Shown: piece after piece, positions 28,080-37,835 of the stretch | Numbering within the stretch: the first letter of the stretch is position 1 | How the letters are laid out: every line of letters starts with the position of its first letter | From: a virus | Taxonomy: Duplodnaviria; Caudoviricetes | Strand: one strand, 5' to 3' | DNA length: 64,000 nt | Virus record (IMG/VR): IMGVR_UViG_3300032246_000977 | Span: 5,840 to 69,839 of that record | The notes under the pieces: model-generated | Seen by the model: the letters and a program-made list of their open reading frames with translations, nothing else | The model's database searches: none | What the model was told of the DNA's origin: nothing | Translations under genes and position numbers: made by a program

Positions 28080-28833
28080 ACGTGGATACTTGATTCCAGC
28101 CATTGATACAGATTCGGTAGACTATCTGGCCTGTGCTCGACAATTAGCTAGATCGATTCGCCAGTGGCATCCGGACGCCAATATCTCTGTAATCACAGTT
28201 AAACGCTGTGACGATCCGGTATTTGATCATGTGGTTCCTTTGCCGTTTGGTGACCTAGGTGGATACGCAAATGATTGGCAATGTTTTGCTGCTAGCCCAT
28301 ATCGTCAAACTATTAAACTAGAAGCAGATATGATTGCTACTAGCCCCGTAGATCATTGGTGGACCTTGTTCGAAAAGCGTGATGTTGTTGTTAGTACTGG
28401 ATGTAGAGATTTTTATGGCAACGCAGGACAGTCAAGATATTACCGTAAATTATTTGACGTGAACAACCTTCCTGACGTATATAATGCTATAACCTATTGG
28501 CGTGTGAGTAAAACAGCACAAGAGTTTTTTCAATTGGTAAAACAAATTTTTGAACATTGGGACCAATATAAAACCTTGTTGAAATTTCCAGATGAGCAAG
28601 CAACAACTGATGTAGTGTATGCCATGGCCGCACAAATTATAGGCCCTGAAACAGTTACATTACCTGTAGGCATTGGGTTGCAAATTGTTCACATGAAACG
28701 ACATATCATACCCACTCGTACCAACGATTGGACTAAAGAATTAGTTTGGGAAAACACCAATCCTGGATTAAGGATAAACACAATAGCACAGACAGGCTTT
28801 GTACACTATCACGTTAAAAATTGGAGGATATAA
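28060..28833 (+). CDS. GT-A fold glycosyltransferase-like protein, paralog of the upstream gene
   Basis: ASPYRQTIKLEADM (ExD variant), TTDVVYAMA and VHYHVK. TTG start after an AGGAG RBS. Confidence 0.6.
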   Translation: MLPILAERGYLIPAIDTDSVDYLACARQLARSIRQWHPDANISVITVKRCDDPVFDHVVPLPFGDLGGYANDWQCFAASPYRQTIKLEADMIATSPVDHWWTLFEKRDVVVSTGCRDFYGNAGQSRYYRKLFDVNNLPDVYNAITYWRVSKTAQEFFQLVKQIFEHWDQYKTLLKFPDEQATTDVVYAMAAQIIGPETVTLPVGIGLQIVHMKRHIIPTRTNDWTKELVWENTNPGLRINTIAQTGFVHYHVKNWRI

Positions 28834-29117
28834 TGAGCAACGATCAAGACAAAACTAAACACAACACACGCATGCATCGTGCGTGGCGGGCAATCAAAAA
28901 ACAACTTAACATTATAAAAGCTCACAAGAACTTTGGCACAGCAAGTAAACGCATTGATGAAGCACAACCGCATAGATTGGCCAAACATCATGCCATGGAT
29001 TGTGGTCAAGCTCATTGTACACTCTGCGGTAATCCTAGACATAATCGAGCCCGCAAAGGCGAAGACAAACTGACCATTCAAGAAAAACGTAACAATCAAA
29101 AAAGCAACGATGAATGA
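28833..29117 (+). CDS. Small basic protein with a Cx4Cx2C (CGQAHCTLCGNPR) motif
   Basis: GGAGG RBS at 28823-28827 and ATG at 28833. K/R/H-rich, 94 aa. Confidence 0.7.
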   Translation: MSNDQDKTKHNTRMHRAWRAIKKQLNIIKAHKNFGTASKRIDEAQPHRLAKHHAMDCGQAHCTLCGNPRHNRARKGEDKLTIQEKRNNQKSNDE

Positions 29118-29463
29118 AACTACGCAAAACTTTTTAGAAGTTTTTAATAATCTAGAACCTTGGACCTTGCCAGTGTTGCTGTTTCGTTTGTACTACGATG
29201 ACCAAGGACGACCAATAGAATACAGTCATGAGGATAAGCCCGGTAAATATATCAAAGTTGATCCAGTGACATTTCAAATACACGCCATAAACATTTGCAT
29301 TATTGATGGTAAAATTGTACAAATTGTTCCGCCACAAACAGTAACAAAACTAGTGCCCAGCACCGTTGATGGTATTTGTTGCAATCCCAAGGATGTTTGC
29401 GTTGTTGTAGCTGAAGATCAACCACACGTCAAATGGAATTTAGAAACCAATGAAACAAATTGA
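29110..29463 (+). CDS. Hypothetical protein
   Basis: 117-aa ORF overlapping both neighbours; contains FRLYYDDQG. Confidence 0.7.
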   Translation: MNETTQNFLEVFNNLEPWTLPVLLFRLYYDDQGRPIEYSHEDKPGKYIKVDPVTFQIHAINICIIDGKIVQIVPPQTVTKLVPSTVDGICCNPKDVCVVVAEDQPHVKWNLETNETN

Positions 29464-30364
29464 TATAGCAGACCTAGACTGCATTTACCTAACATATGAT
29501 GAACCCAACAAAGAAGAAACATGGGTTAAGATTAAAAACATGGTACCATGGGCGGTACGTGTCGACGGAGTAAAGGGATCGGATGCTGCCCACAAAGCAG
29601 CCGCAGATGCAAGTGGCACTGATCGCTTTGTGCTTATTGACGGAGATAATATCCCGGATCCAAAGTTCTTTAATTTAACTTTGGAAGTCGATGAAGTGTG
29701 TGCTTACCGCTGGCGTGCCAAGAATCACGTCAACGGACTTATGTACGGCAATGGTGGACTAAGCGTATGGTCCAAAGAGTTTATCTACGCCATGCGTACA
29801 CACGAAGCCAGCGATGGCACAGCAGAAAATGATGTAGAGTTTTGTTTTTATCCTAACTATTATGCCATGCACGATTGCTATAGCACAACATATCCCAATG
29901 CTACTGCCTTCCAGGCCTGGCGTGCCGGATTCCGTGAAGGTGTCAAGATGTGCCTTAATAAGGGTGCTCGTCCTACATTAAGTGACTTTCAGGCTCGTGT
30001 GCATCAGCGTAACTTGGATCATTTAACCGTCTGGCACAACGTGGGCCGCGATGTGGAGCACGGTATCTGGGCTATTGCTGGTAGTCGTATGGGCACCTAC
30101 ATGACCATGTTGACCGATTGGGATTATCGATTAGTACAAGACTTTGCCGCACTTGAAGATCTATGGCAAACAGTTGAGTCTGGTAATCCGGAACTACTAG
30201 CCGGGCGAGTAGCTGAAGATTTGGTCACTCAATTGGACTTGCCAATCAACAGGCTAGACGAACAAGAAAGCAAATTCTTTAAGCATCATTATAGAAGTAA
30301 TTGGCATAACCTAGGCGTTATGGTCCGAGAGATTGATGTGATACGACAACAAGAAGGCTGGTAG
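29450..30364 (+). CDS. GT-A fold glycosyltransferase-like protein (GT2-like)
   Basis: CIYLTYDEPN, VDGVKGSDAAHKAAA, FVLIDGDN (DxD) and AWRAGFREGVK. Confidence 0.65.
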   Translation: MKQIDIADLDCIYLTYDEPNKEETWVKIKNMVPWAVRVDGVKGSDAAHKAAADASGTDRFVLIDGDNIPDPKFFNLTLEVDEVCAYRWRAKNHVNGLMYGNGGLSVWSKEFIYAMRTHEASDGTAENDVEFCFYPNYYAMHDCYSTTYPNATAFQAWRAGFREGVKMCLNKGARPTLSDFQARVHQRNLDHLTVWHNVGRDVEHGIWAIAGSRMGTYMTMLTDWDYRLVQDFAALEDLWQTVESGNPELLAGRVAEDLVTQLDLPINRLDEQESKFFKHHYRSNWHNLGVMVREIDVIRQQEGW

Positions 30365-30366
30365 TT

Positions 30367-31287
30367 GTGTTTAAATTTTTAACATTGTTATTTTTGGCAT
30401 TGCCGGCAATGGCACAAGAAGTTATCACAGTATACTCACCATACAGTGCCGGCCATGGCGGCAATGCGGCATTTCAAAAAGTGTTGGAACGTGCAAATGT
30501 TCAACAAAAAAAATACGTGTTTGTAATGGATCTCAAACCAGGTGCACAAGGTGCGATTGCGTTGACTACTATGAACGAACATCCGCAATCACGTTTGGCG
30601 ATTATTCATGCAGCCTTTGTGGACAATATTGAATCTGGTATCATCAAGGAAGAAGATTATCGACCTGTACACAGTATTGGTGATGCATGTTGGGCTGTAA
30701 TTTCCTCCTCTGCTACCCGTTCTGAGGATATATCCAGTTTAACTGGCACAGGAGAAATAACAGTGGGCACTGTTGGCTTTGGTAATGTGTCACATCTTAC
30801 AGCCATGGCCATTGCTGAAAAATATGGGCTATCAAGTCGGCTGATTGTGTTTAAATCAAACTATGACGCTGTGATAAACATGGTTGGTAACAACGGAATA
30901 AATTTTGCAATTGAACGCATGTCTATTGTTAAACAATTTGAAAAATTAAATCCTAAAATTAAAGCCATTGCCATGAGTTGCCCTACAAGATATTCTGCAG
31001 ATCCAAAACTAAAAACACTCAAAGAACAAGGTATCGATGTTCCGTCGGTATTTAATATTGTTATGTCTAATTATAACATGCCTAAAGAAAAACAAATAAC
31101 CATTGGAAAAATATTAGATCAAGCTACAAAAAGTGTTGGGCTCAAAGAAATACAACAGCTAAGTGACATGCGTAGTTCAGTGTTTGACAATGTTGATGCA
31201 ACAGAATTTTACAATAAAAGAATGGCAAGCATACGATATCTTCGCAACAAATATCGTAACGAAATCAGTCAATCCAAAGGTAACTAA
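30367..31287 (+). CDS. TctC/Bug-family periplasmic substrate-binding protein
   Basis: Signal peptide (FLTLLFLALPAMA|Q) followed by ITVYSPYSAGHGG, KPGAQGAIA, GTVGFGNVSHL and LKTLKEQGIDV, as in the Bug/TctC family. Confidence 0.75.
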   Translation: MFKFLTLLFLALPAMAQEVITVYSPYSAGHGGNAAFQKVLERANVQQKKYVFVMDLKPGAQGAIALTTMNEHPQSRLAIIHAAFVDNIESGIIKEEDYRPVHSIGDACWAVISSSATRSEDISSLTGTGEITVGTVGFGNVSHLTAMAIAEKYGLSSRLIVFKSNYDAVINMVGNNGINFAIERMSIVKQFEKLNPKIKAIAMSCPTRYSADPKLKTLKEQGIDVPSVFNIVMSNYNMPKEKQITIGKILDQATKSVGLKEIQQLSDMRSSVFDNVDATEFYNKRMASIRYLRNKYRNEISQSKGN

Positions 31288-32369
31288 TGAAACGAGCAGT
31301 ATTGTGTGTTTCAAATCCGCAAGATTACATTAAAGATCTTGCTGATTACAGTGTCATGATTATCGAACCGTCGGCTACTGATGCACGAAAAAAATATCTA
31401 GTAGAAAAATCAGACTACAGCTTGTTGATTACTGCCGACGGCGAACAGTATCGAGTGGGCGGTGATTATAAAAACGAACGAGTATTTTGGTACACCTCTG
31501 GCACCACTGGCGATAGTAAATTTTATAGTTTTTCACAAAGTCAGGTGGATACCATGGCCAAGACCATATGCCGCTCATATGATATCACAGCCAATGACCG
31601 ATATGTAAGTGTAATGAGTTTGAGTCATGCACACGGACAAGGATTTTATTGGGCAGCAAAGATGGCTGGTTGCGATATGAAGTTTTTGTCCCTGGATCAA
31701 ATACGTAATTTGCCAAAGTTTTCCCCAACATTTATAACAGCGATTCCAGGCATACTTCGAGTCATTGGTAATCTGGATATAGATCCACTTAGATTTATAC
31801 GAGGGGCCAGTGCCGCACTGCCCAGCACCTTGTATCAACATCTCAGAGACAAGTTTCGAGTTCCGGTAATTGAAGCATTTGGCATGACCGAGGCATTGAG
31901 TCATTGTTTTACCAACCCCTTACATGGCGAGCAACGTATGGGCACTGTTGGCTTGCCCGACGGCATTGAAGCAAAAATTGTCAATGATCGTTTGCTGATT
32001 CGTGGCCCAACTTTGTTTGTACCAGACTGGGTCGATACTGGAGATTTAGCAGAACAAGACTCGGCAGGGTACTATCGTATATTAGGACGCCATATAGATC
32101 AAATCAATATAAACGGCTATAAAATAAACCCCTTAAGCATAGAACAACAATTGATGGAACATTTTCCTGAGCTCAAAGATTGTGTAGTCTTTGGAAAAGA
32201 TTGTTTTAAATGTTTATATGTTGGAGATTATAGCCCGCTACAGATACAAAAATTTTTAGTCAGTGTCAATACACACTGTTTTCCTTACTTGCTCAGACAA
32301 GTGGATAGTTTGCCGTTGACTTCCTTGGGCAAGGTATCAAGAACTTGGTTAGATGAAACTTATCAATGA
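31287..32369 (+). CDS. AMP-dependent synthetase/ligase (ANL superfamily), short form
   Basis: YTSGTTGDSK (P-loop), EAFGMTEA, DTGDL, GRHIDQININGYKINP and LPLTSLGKVSR (catalytic Lys). Confidence 0.85.
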   Translation: MKRAVLCVSNPQDYIKDLADYSVMIIEPSATDARKKYLVEKSDYSLLITADGEQYRVGGDYKNERVFWYTSGTTGDSKFYSFSQSQVDTMAKTICRSYDITANDRYVSVMSLSHAHGQGFYWAAKMAGCDMKFLSLDQIRNLPKFSPTFITAIPGILRVIGNLDIDPLRFIRGASAALPSTLYQHLRDKFRVPVIEAFGMTEALSHCFTNPLHGEQRMGTVGLPDGIEAKIVNDRLLIRGPTLFVPDWVDTGDLAEQDSAGYYRILGRHIDQININGYKINPLSIEQQLMEHFPELKDCVVFGKDCFKCLYVGDYSPLQIQKFLVSVNTHCFPYLLRQVDSLPLTSLGKVSRTWLDETYQ

Positions 32370-33082
32370 ATATTCTAGTAAACGGCACTTGCAATTCAAG
32401 AGGACCCGAGACGTGGCCCTACTATCTCAGCGACGAACTTGATGCCAGTTTGGTTAACCTAAGTGTTGCTGGTGCAGGAAACGCTTATATACACGAAACT
32501 ACCATTTCAGAATTGGCCAAACGAACATATGATCTTGTACTAATCATGTGGGGCGAATCAACTCATACTGGATTAAGAGTCAAAAACATCGACCAGTACT
32601 CAGACTCAGAAAATACTGCTAAGTATCAAAGTAGTGTAAACGACTGGCCAGAAAAAATTGTCTATCCAATCAATGATCAGGATTATGTTGACAAAAACTG
32701 GATTTTAAACGCTGGATATCGATCTGGAAAAACAGACAGTGTGGGTAAATTTTTCAAACAGTATCATCAAGCAGTTAGCTTTGAACAAATTTTAGAAACA
32801 GATATTATACGACAAATAAGTTTGCAGGGATTTTTAAAATCAATCAATCAGCCCTATATCTTTTTATACGGAAGACTTTATACTAAATTTAAAAGATTTG
32901 AGCACTTGTATCAACTAATAGATTGGGATTGTTTTTACCAGGCCGAAACGCTAATGCAAATTGCCAGCAAAAACAACAGGGAATTCATTGGTAGTGATAA
33001 CAAATTTCCTAATCCAGCTGGGCAAAAAATTTACGCCCAACTATTAGCTCATCATATCTTAAAGACTCTTAAAGACAGTTAA
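32366..33082 (+). CDS. SGNH/GDSL-like protein with degenerate catalytic motifs
   Basis: ILVNGTCNS, TWPYYL, VNLSVAGAGN and DLVLIMW are present. Block V reads DNKFPN instead of DxxHP. Confidence 0.5.
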   Translation: MNILVNGTCNSRGPETWPYYLSDELDASLVNLSVAGAGNAYIHETTISELAKRTYDLVLIMWGESTHTGLRVKNIDQYSDSENTAKYQSSVNDWPEKIVYPINDQDYVDKNWILNAGYRSGKTDSVGKFFKQYHQAVSFEQILETDIIRQISLQGFLKSINQPYIFLYGRLYTKFKRFEHLYQLIDWDCFYQAETLMQIASKNNREFIGSDNKFPNPAGQKIYAQLLAHHILKTLKDS

Positions 33083-33652
33083 ATCTGGTAGATATGGATA
33101 CTCGTCACTGGTCCATTGTCTGGCAGGTTGAGCAATAGCATCTGGCAACTTTTCCAATCCTAATTTTGCAGTTTCGATAGGCATGTAGTAATGATAGCCA
33201 ATGGTATCAATATCTTGCTCTTTCCACAACCGGCTGACATCTCTACCGTCGGTGGTCATCCGACGCAATTGGTCAGCGGCTACAGGGTCATCTAACAGTA
33301 TTGCTCCACCCCTGATCAAATTTAAATGTTTACGAAATTGAAAACTCAAACACATATAGGTTCCGGAAATATAGCCGTCTTTTTTCCAGTATACTGCTGC
33401 ATCAACAATGTTGGTGCTACCTAAATAATAGTAGTCTGCCCAAGATTGATCAACAAAACTCCATTTCAAATTCAATTTCATTAGGGTCATGGGAATTGAT
33501 AGATATGTTTGACTAGGGCATGTAGCGGATTTTACACGTTGATATCGTAGACTCAGTTCAATGGCATGGGTACAGCAGTCTGTAGCTACAGCATAAGGTG
33601 CACCATAAAACTCAGCAATGGCTTTTTCAAAATCTTGAACTATTTCAAACAT
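33059..33652 (-). CDS. DegT/DnrJ/StrS-family PLP aminotransferase, truncated (197 aa)
   Basis: FEKAIAEFYGAPYAVATDCCTHAIELSL, VDAA, CLSFQFRKHLNLIRGGAIL (PLP Lys) and GYHYYM. The probable ATG is at 33652. Confidence 0.75.
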   Translation of the reverse strand: MFEIVQDFEKAIAEFYGAPYAVATDCCTHAIELSLRYQRVKSATCPSQTYLSIPMTLMKLNLKWSFVDQSWADYYYLGSTNIVDAAVYWKKDGYISGTYMCLSFQFRKHLNLIRGGAILLDDPVAADQLRRMTTDGRDVSRLWKEQDIDTIGYHYYMPIETAKLGLEKLPDAIAQPARQWTSDEYPYLPDLTVFKSL

Positions 33653-33656
33653 GTAG

Positions 33657-33674
33657 TATTTACAGCTATAAATA
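33657..33674. promoter_or_regulatory. Divergent T4-late-like promoters
   Basis: TAAATA on the - strand (33657-33662), 4 nt before the DegT ATG. A perfect TATAAATA on the + strand (33667-33674) precedes ATG 33691. Confidence 0.6.
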
Positions 33675-33690
33675 TTGACTTGCACATTTC

Positions 33691-34677
33691 ATGATAAAAA
33701 TAATCACAATAGATGGTAAAATTTGGGACAAAGATCAGGCGGCCATAGACATTATATCCGCTATGCTTCGACATGAGCAACCTGTTAGAATTAGCCTAAA
33801 TGGAGAAGGTCCTTGTGCTGAACATGTGGGCCTGTATGATCTATTGGACCGTATATGTTCAGCACAGTCATGGCCTCGCCAAGCAATCGAAATAGAAACC
33901 GCAAACTTCTTAGAACAACACGCAGAATATCAAATTCGGCATGTCCACCAAGCGTACGAATTACGAGCCACACAAGATCTTTTTAAAACGAATCCGCCCA
34001 CAGCTAAACAGTTTGATAACATTTGCCATTTTGGGCATTTTATAGGACACAGCAATCAGCACAGGTTACACCTGGCCAGTTACTTGTACGCAAAACACTT
34101 TCATCAAACATTACAAAGTTATCATTGTTGTGTGACTGAGCCATACCATCGAGAGCATATAGGACTTGAAACATTTATGGCCAATGGTGCCACAGCAGTA
34201 GAAATTGATCGAGCCTACGATCTTTTGTCAGCAGGTCCGTTGACACTGGATTTAGCGGCCTGTCAAGATACCATCAGCGTTCCGGCCAATTTGGGCATAA
34301 TAGACTACTATCCTCAATTCTTTGTAGAACTGGTTAACCTTAGTTTTTATTCAGGACAAACTTTCTATGTCGACGAAAAGATCTGGAGACCCATGCTGAT
34401 GCGTACACCGTTTATTGTACAAGGCCCGCAGAATCTAATACGCAATTTACGACGTTTGGGATTTGAAACATTTGATGAATTCTGGGACGAAGGTTACTCA
34501 GAAGATCCTCCAGATTGTCAAGTTCGTGCTATAATAGCAATAGTACAGGCATTGGCCAAACAAACAAATAAAGAGCTAGAAGAAATGTATATCACCATGC
34601 TACCCAAACTTGAACATAATCGTAACTTACTCAAGGGCCTAAAGGCCGATGATTTTAACCAGGTATTTCAGCAATGA
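33691..34677 (+). CDS. GT10-like (GT-B) glycosyltransferase paralog 1
   Basis: FFVELVNLSFYSGQTFYVDEKIWRPMLMRTPFIVQG...LGFETFDEFWDEGY resembles the alpha-1,3-fucosyltransferase E-x-YxTEK-x-P motif. Confidence 0.5.
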   Translation: MIKIITIDGKIWDKDQAAIDIISAMLRHEQPVRISLNGEGPCAEHVGLYDLLDRICSAQSWPRQAIEIETANFLEQHAEYQIRHVHQAYELRATQDLFKTNPPTAKQFDNICHFGHFIGHSNQHRLHLASYLYAKHFHQTLQSYHCCVTEPYHREHIGLETFMANGATAVEIDRAYDLLSAGPLTLDLAACQDTISVPANLGIIDYYPQFFVELVNLSFYSGQTFYVDEKIWRPMLMRTPFIVQGPQNLIRNLRRLGFETFDEFWDEGYSEDPPDCQVRAIIAIVQALAKQTNKELEEMYITMLPKLEHNRNLLKGLKADDFNQVFQQ

Positions 34678-36089
34678 GCAATAAAGGAGACGAAGTCACA
34701 ACAGACTTCAAATCAAAATTTTTAGGCGATGCCGAGTTCATGAAAGACAACTTGGGTCCGGCACTGTGCTTGGCCAAATGGAAACAGGTAAGTCTACACC
34801 TGCCCACAGGACTCAATAATAGTTGTTACCATCCACCCTTACACGCAATTCCGGCCGACTTGCTGGCCGACAATCCCAGTGCCTTACACAACACTCCTTA
34901 CAAAAAGGAACAACGTAAGATCATGCTGAAACAGGAACGTCCTGCAGAATGTAGCTACTGCTGGGCTATGGAAGATAACAACAAACTGAGTGATCGTCAC
35001 TATAGATCAGGCGAACCCTGGGCCGCCAAGGATTTTAATGTTGTAGTAAATTCAAATGGAGATGAAGATGTTGTTCCCAGTTATGTTGAAGTTAATTTTA
35101 ATCATGTTTGTAATCTCAAATGTAGTTATTGCAGTCCACAGTTTAGTTCCTCATGGGCCGAAGAAGTCTCGCAACATGGAGGGTTTCCTACTAGCACTGT
35201 TCACAATGATCCCAGTCACTTTGTTGGCCGTAATCGTCCTATTCCTGTAAGAGAAGACAACCCTTATGTAGATGCATTTTGGTCTTGGTGGCCAACCCTG
35301 TATCCAGAGCTAGAACATTTCCGCATGACTGGTGGCGAGCCCATGTTGGACAAGAATACCTATCGTGTGTTTGACTATGTGTTGGCCAATCCCAAACCCA
35401 ATTTGCATTTAAATGTAACTAGTAACTTTAGTGTAGATGAAAAGTCGTGGCAACGGTACAAGGGCTATGTTAAAGAGCTGTGCGAGGGTGAAAAAATTGA
35501 ACACTTTATGCAGTACGTTAGTTTAGATAGTTGGGACGAGCAAGCTGAATACATCAGACACGGACTTGATATGGACTTGTTATGGGATCGAGTCAATCAA
35601 TTCCTAACAGAAATACCCGGACGTAACAGCATTACATTTATTGTAACAATGAACAATCTCAGTGTCACTGGTTTGCCTGCCTTGTTTGCTGGCATACTAG
35701 GACTTAGAAAAATTTACAGTACGACATATCAGCGAGTATGGTTTGACACGCCAGTGTTGCGAACTCCGACCTGGCAAAGCCTACAACTACTTCCAGAAAG
35801 CTATGTGGAACAACTAGAACATCTTTGGGCTTGGATGTTACGTCAAATTGAAACAGAAGAAACACGTTTTCAAGGATTCAAGGATTATGAAATAGCTCGC
35901 TTAGACAGAGACATAGCGTGGATGCGTGACGGACAACGATTAGATCCTAATTACATTAATCAACAGAAAGCAGACTTTTATCGTTTCTTTAACGAGCACG
36001 ATCGCAGGCGTGGCACAGACTTTATAAAGACATTTCCAGAAATGACCGCTTGGTGGAAGGAGTGCGAATACCATGCTAGGCAATCGTAA
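34674..36089 (+). CDS. Radical SAM protein with an N-terminal twitch domain (1)
   Basis: N-terminal CLAKW..SCYH..CSYCW; core CNLKCSYC; TGGEP; C-terminal HDRRRGTDFIKTFPEM. Confidence 0.9.
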   Translation: MSNKGDEVTTDFKSKFLGDAEFMKDNLGPALCLAKWKQVSLHLPTGLNNSCYHPPLHAIPADLLADNPSALHNTPYKKEQRKIMLKQERPAECSYCWAMEDNNKLSDRHYRSGEPWAAKDFNVVVNSNGDEDVVPSYVEVNFNHVCNLKCSYCSPQFSSSWAEEVSQHGGFPTSTVHNDPSHFVGRNRPIPVREDNPYVDAFWSWWPTLYPELEHFRMTGGEPMLDKNTYRVFDYVLANPKPNLHLNVTSNFSVDEKSWQRYKGYVKELCEGEKIEHFMQYVSLDSWDEQAEYIRHGLDMDLLWDRVNQFLTEIPGRNSITFIVTMNNLSVTGLPALFAGILGLRKIYSTTYQRVWFDTPVLRTPTWQSLQLLPESYVEQLEHLWAWMLRQIETEETRFQGFKDYEIARLDRDIAWMRDGQRLDPNYINQQKADFYRFFNEHDRRRGTDFIKTFPEMTAWWKECEYHARQS

Positions 36090-37227
36090 TTTGATCCTTG
36101 ACACAATGAGTGAAGTGTATGAGGAATTGTTGCCATACGCTACCGCAACGTTTATTCATTACGGAGATCACAAACCTGTTCCTGATAGCGTGTATGTATT
36201 GGGGCGCCAACAGGTAGTTGAAAATGTAGATAAGTTTAAACGCATGGCCGAAGACCCTGCGTATACTATGGTGTTTGGCAACAGTGCTGAGGGTAGTAGC
36301 ACATTAATTGCTCAACTGCGTGTGCTAGGGCTCGAAGAGCTAGTGTTAAGCAATAAAATTTTGTTGATCAGTGGCGGCGACATAGAAGCTCCATATCCGT
36401 ACATGTTACACGATCATTTTTTGATTAGAATTTTAGACTACGATGAAAACATTGACGAAATGAAACGCACAGAGGAGATTTTTAGTAAAACTGACAAGCC
36501 CTATAAGTTTTTATTTTTAAATGGCCGTGCTAGACCGCATAGAAAATATCTTTGGGAGCATTTTAAACGTCGCGGACTGCTGGACAACTCTTTATGGACT
36601 GTGTTAGACAGCAGACCCACTGTGGTTAGAAATTTTAATTTTTACGAAGACGGCACAAATGTCATGGCCACAAACACGCCTTTGCAAAGTTTGCCCGTCG
36701 AGTACGAAGTTGCTAGATATTGCAACGATCAACGAGATCCCAATGATTGGTCGTGGGCCGGACCGCCTGATCGTACCTTTGTAAAAAATGACTTATTTGA
36801 TAATCAATGGGGCGAAATATATCTCAATGCTGAACCCTATATTGATACCTACTTTAGCGTAGTAACCGAAACTGTGTACGATTACCCCTACAGCTTTAGA
36901 ACAGAAAAAATAGCCAAACCATTGGCAATGGGGCATCCATGGATATGTGCCACTAGCTGTGGCTGGTATCGAGACATACACGATATAGGATTCCGTACAT
37001 TCAACGGCATCATTGATGAAAGTTTTGATTTGATCGACAATGATCAAGACAGAATGGACAGAATTATAACAGTAGTTGACGACTTATGTCAACAAGACCT
37101 TGCAAGTTTTGTCAAAGAATGTTATAATGTATGTAAATACAATCAGCAACATCTCGCGGAAATCAGTATCAAAGTACGCAAAGAATTTCCCGATCGCTTT
37201 AGCCAATTTATCAAAAAATATCAATGA
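36073..37227 (+). CDS. GT10-like (GT-B) glycosyltransferase paralog 2
   Basis: KFLFLNGRARPHR and SVVTETVYDYPYSFRTEKIAKPLAMGHPW...IGFRTFNGIIDESFD. Confidence 0.55.
   Translation: MLGNRNLILDTMSEVYEELLPYATATFIHYGDHKPVPDSVYVLGRQQVVENVDKFKRMAEDPAYTMVFGNSAEGSSTLIAQLRVLGLEELVLSNKILLISGGDIEAPYPYMLHDHFLIRILDYDENIDEMKRTEEIFSKTDKPYKFLFLNGRARPHRKYLWEHFKRRGLLDNSLWTVLDSRPTVVRNFNFYEDGTNVMATNTPLQSLPVEYEVARYCNDQRDPNDWSWAGPPDRTFVKNDLFDNQWGEIYLNAEPYIDTYFSVVTETVYDYPYSFRTEKIAKPLAMGHPWICATSCGWYRDIHDIGFRTFNGIIDESFDLIDNDQDRMDRIITVVDDLCQQDLASFVKECYNVCKYNQQHLAEISIKVRKEFPDRFSQFIKKYQ
37100..37139 (+). promoter_or_regulatory. Internal sigma70-type promoter (TTGCAA-17-TG-n-TATAAT) followed by TAAATA
   Basis: -35 at 37100-37105, extended -10 at 37120-37128 and TAAATA at 37134-37139. 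All lie inside the 3' end of the upstream gene, ahead of the sulfotransferase/rSAM run. Confidence 0.5.
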
Positions 37228-37835
37228 ATGATTTTAAAATATCACTTACTAACTATAGCTTTGAAGTTCCAGCAGAGTGGAACATAGTGATAATTGCCAA
37301 CTATCGTACTGGCAGTACAGCCCTGGGCGATCTTTTGAGTCAGCTCACCGGATTGCCATTTATGGATGAAGTCTTTCATTATTGCCCAACAGCTAGAACA
37401 GGTGAGTTTGACCCTGAAAAACAATCTGTAATAAAAATTATGCCGGACCATTTACCACCGGAAGAGCACTGGGATTGTTTGTTCAATGATTCTTTTATTA
37501 TTGGATTGTATCGAGAAGATTTCGCAGCACAAGCATTGAGTTTTGGTATTTCTAGATATCTCAATGTTTGGCACCAAGAAAAAAACACCGACGCAGTTAT
37601 CAAAAACCCAAGCATAGACATACCATTCAGGCACATTATAGGCCCAGCCAAGGCTCTTTGGCGTAATCAACAACGGTGGAAAGACTGTCGGAGCTTTTTT
37701 GACATCGAGCTATGTTATGAACGGCTCCTACCAGACTTGGCCAAGTCTTGTTATGATGCTATGCCTAAATTAGATTTGTATAATCAAAAACTAGAACAGC
37801 TAAGAACACAAGTAGAAAGATGGCAACATGAATGA
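37224..37835 (+). CDS. Stf0-like sulfotransferase
   Basis: PAPS-binding loop IANYRTGSTAL, DEVFH, and IGLYREDFAAQALS..ISRYLNVWH matching the Stf0 R..QAVS..WH pattern. Confidence 0.6.
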   Translation: MNDFKISLTNYSFEVPAEWNIVIIANYRTGSTALGDLLSQLTGLPFMDEVFHYCPTARTGEFDPEKQSVIKIMPDHLPPEEHWDCLFNDSFIIGLYREDFAAQALSFGISRYLNVWHQEKNTDAVIKNPSIDIPFRHIIGPAKALWRNQQRWKDCRSFFDIELCYERLLPDLAKSCYDAMPKLDLYNQKLEQLRTQVERWQHE

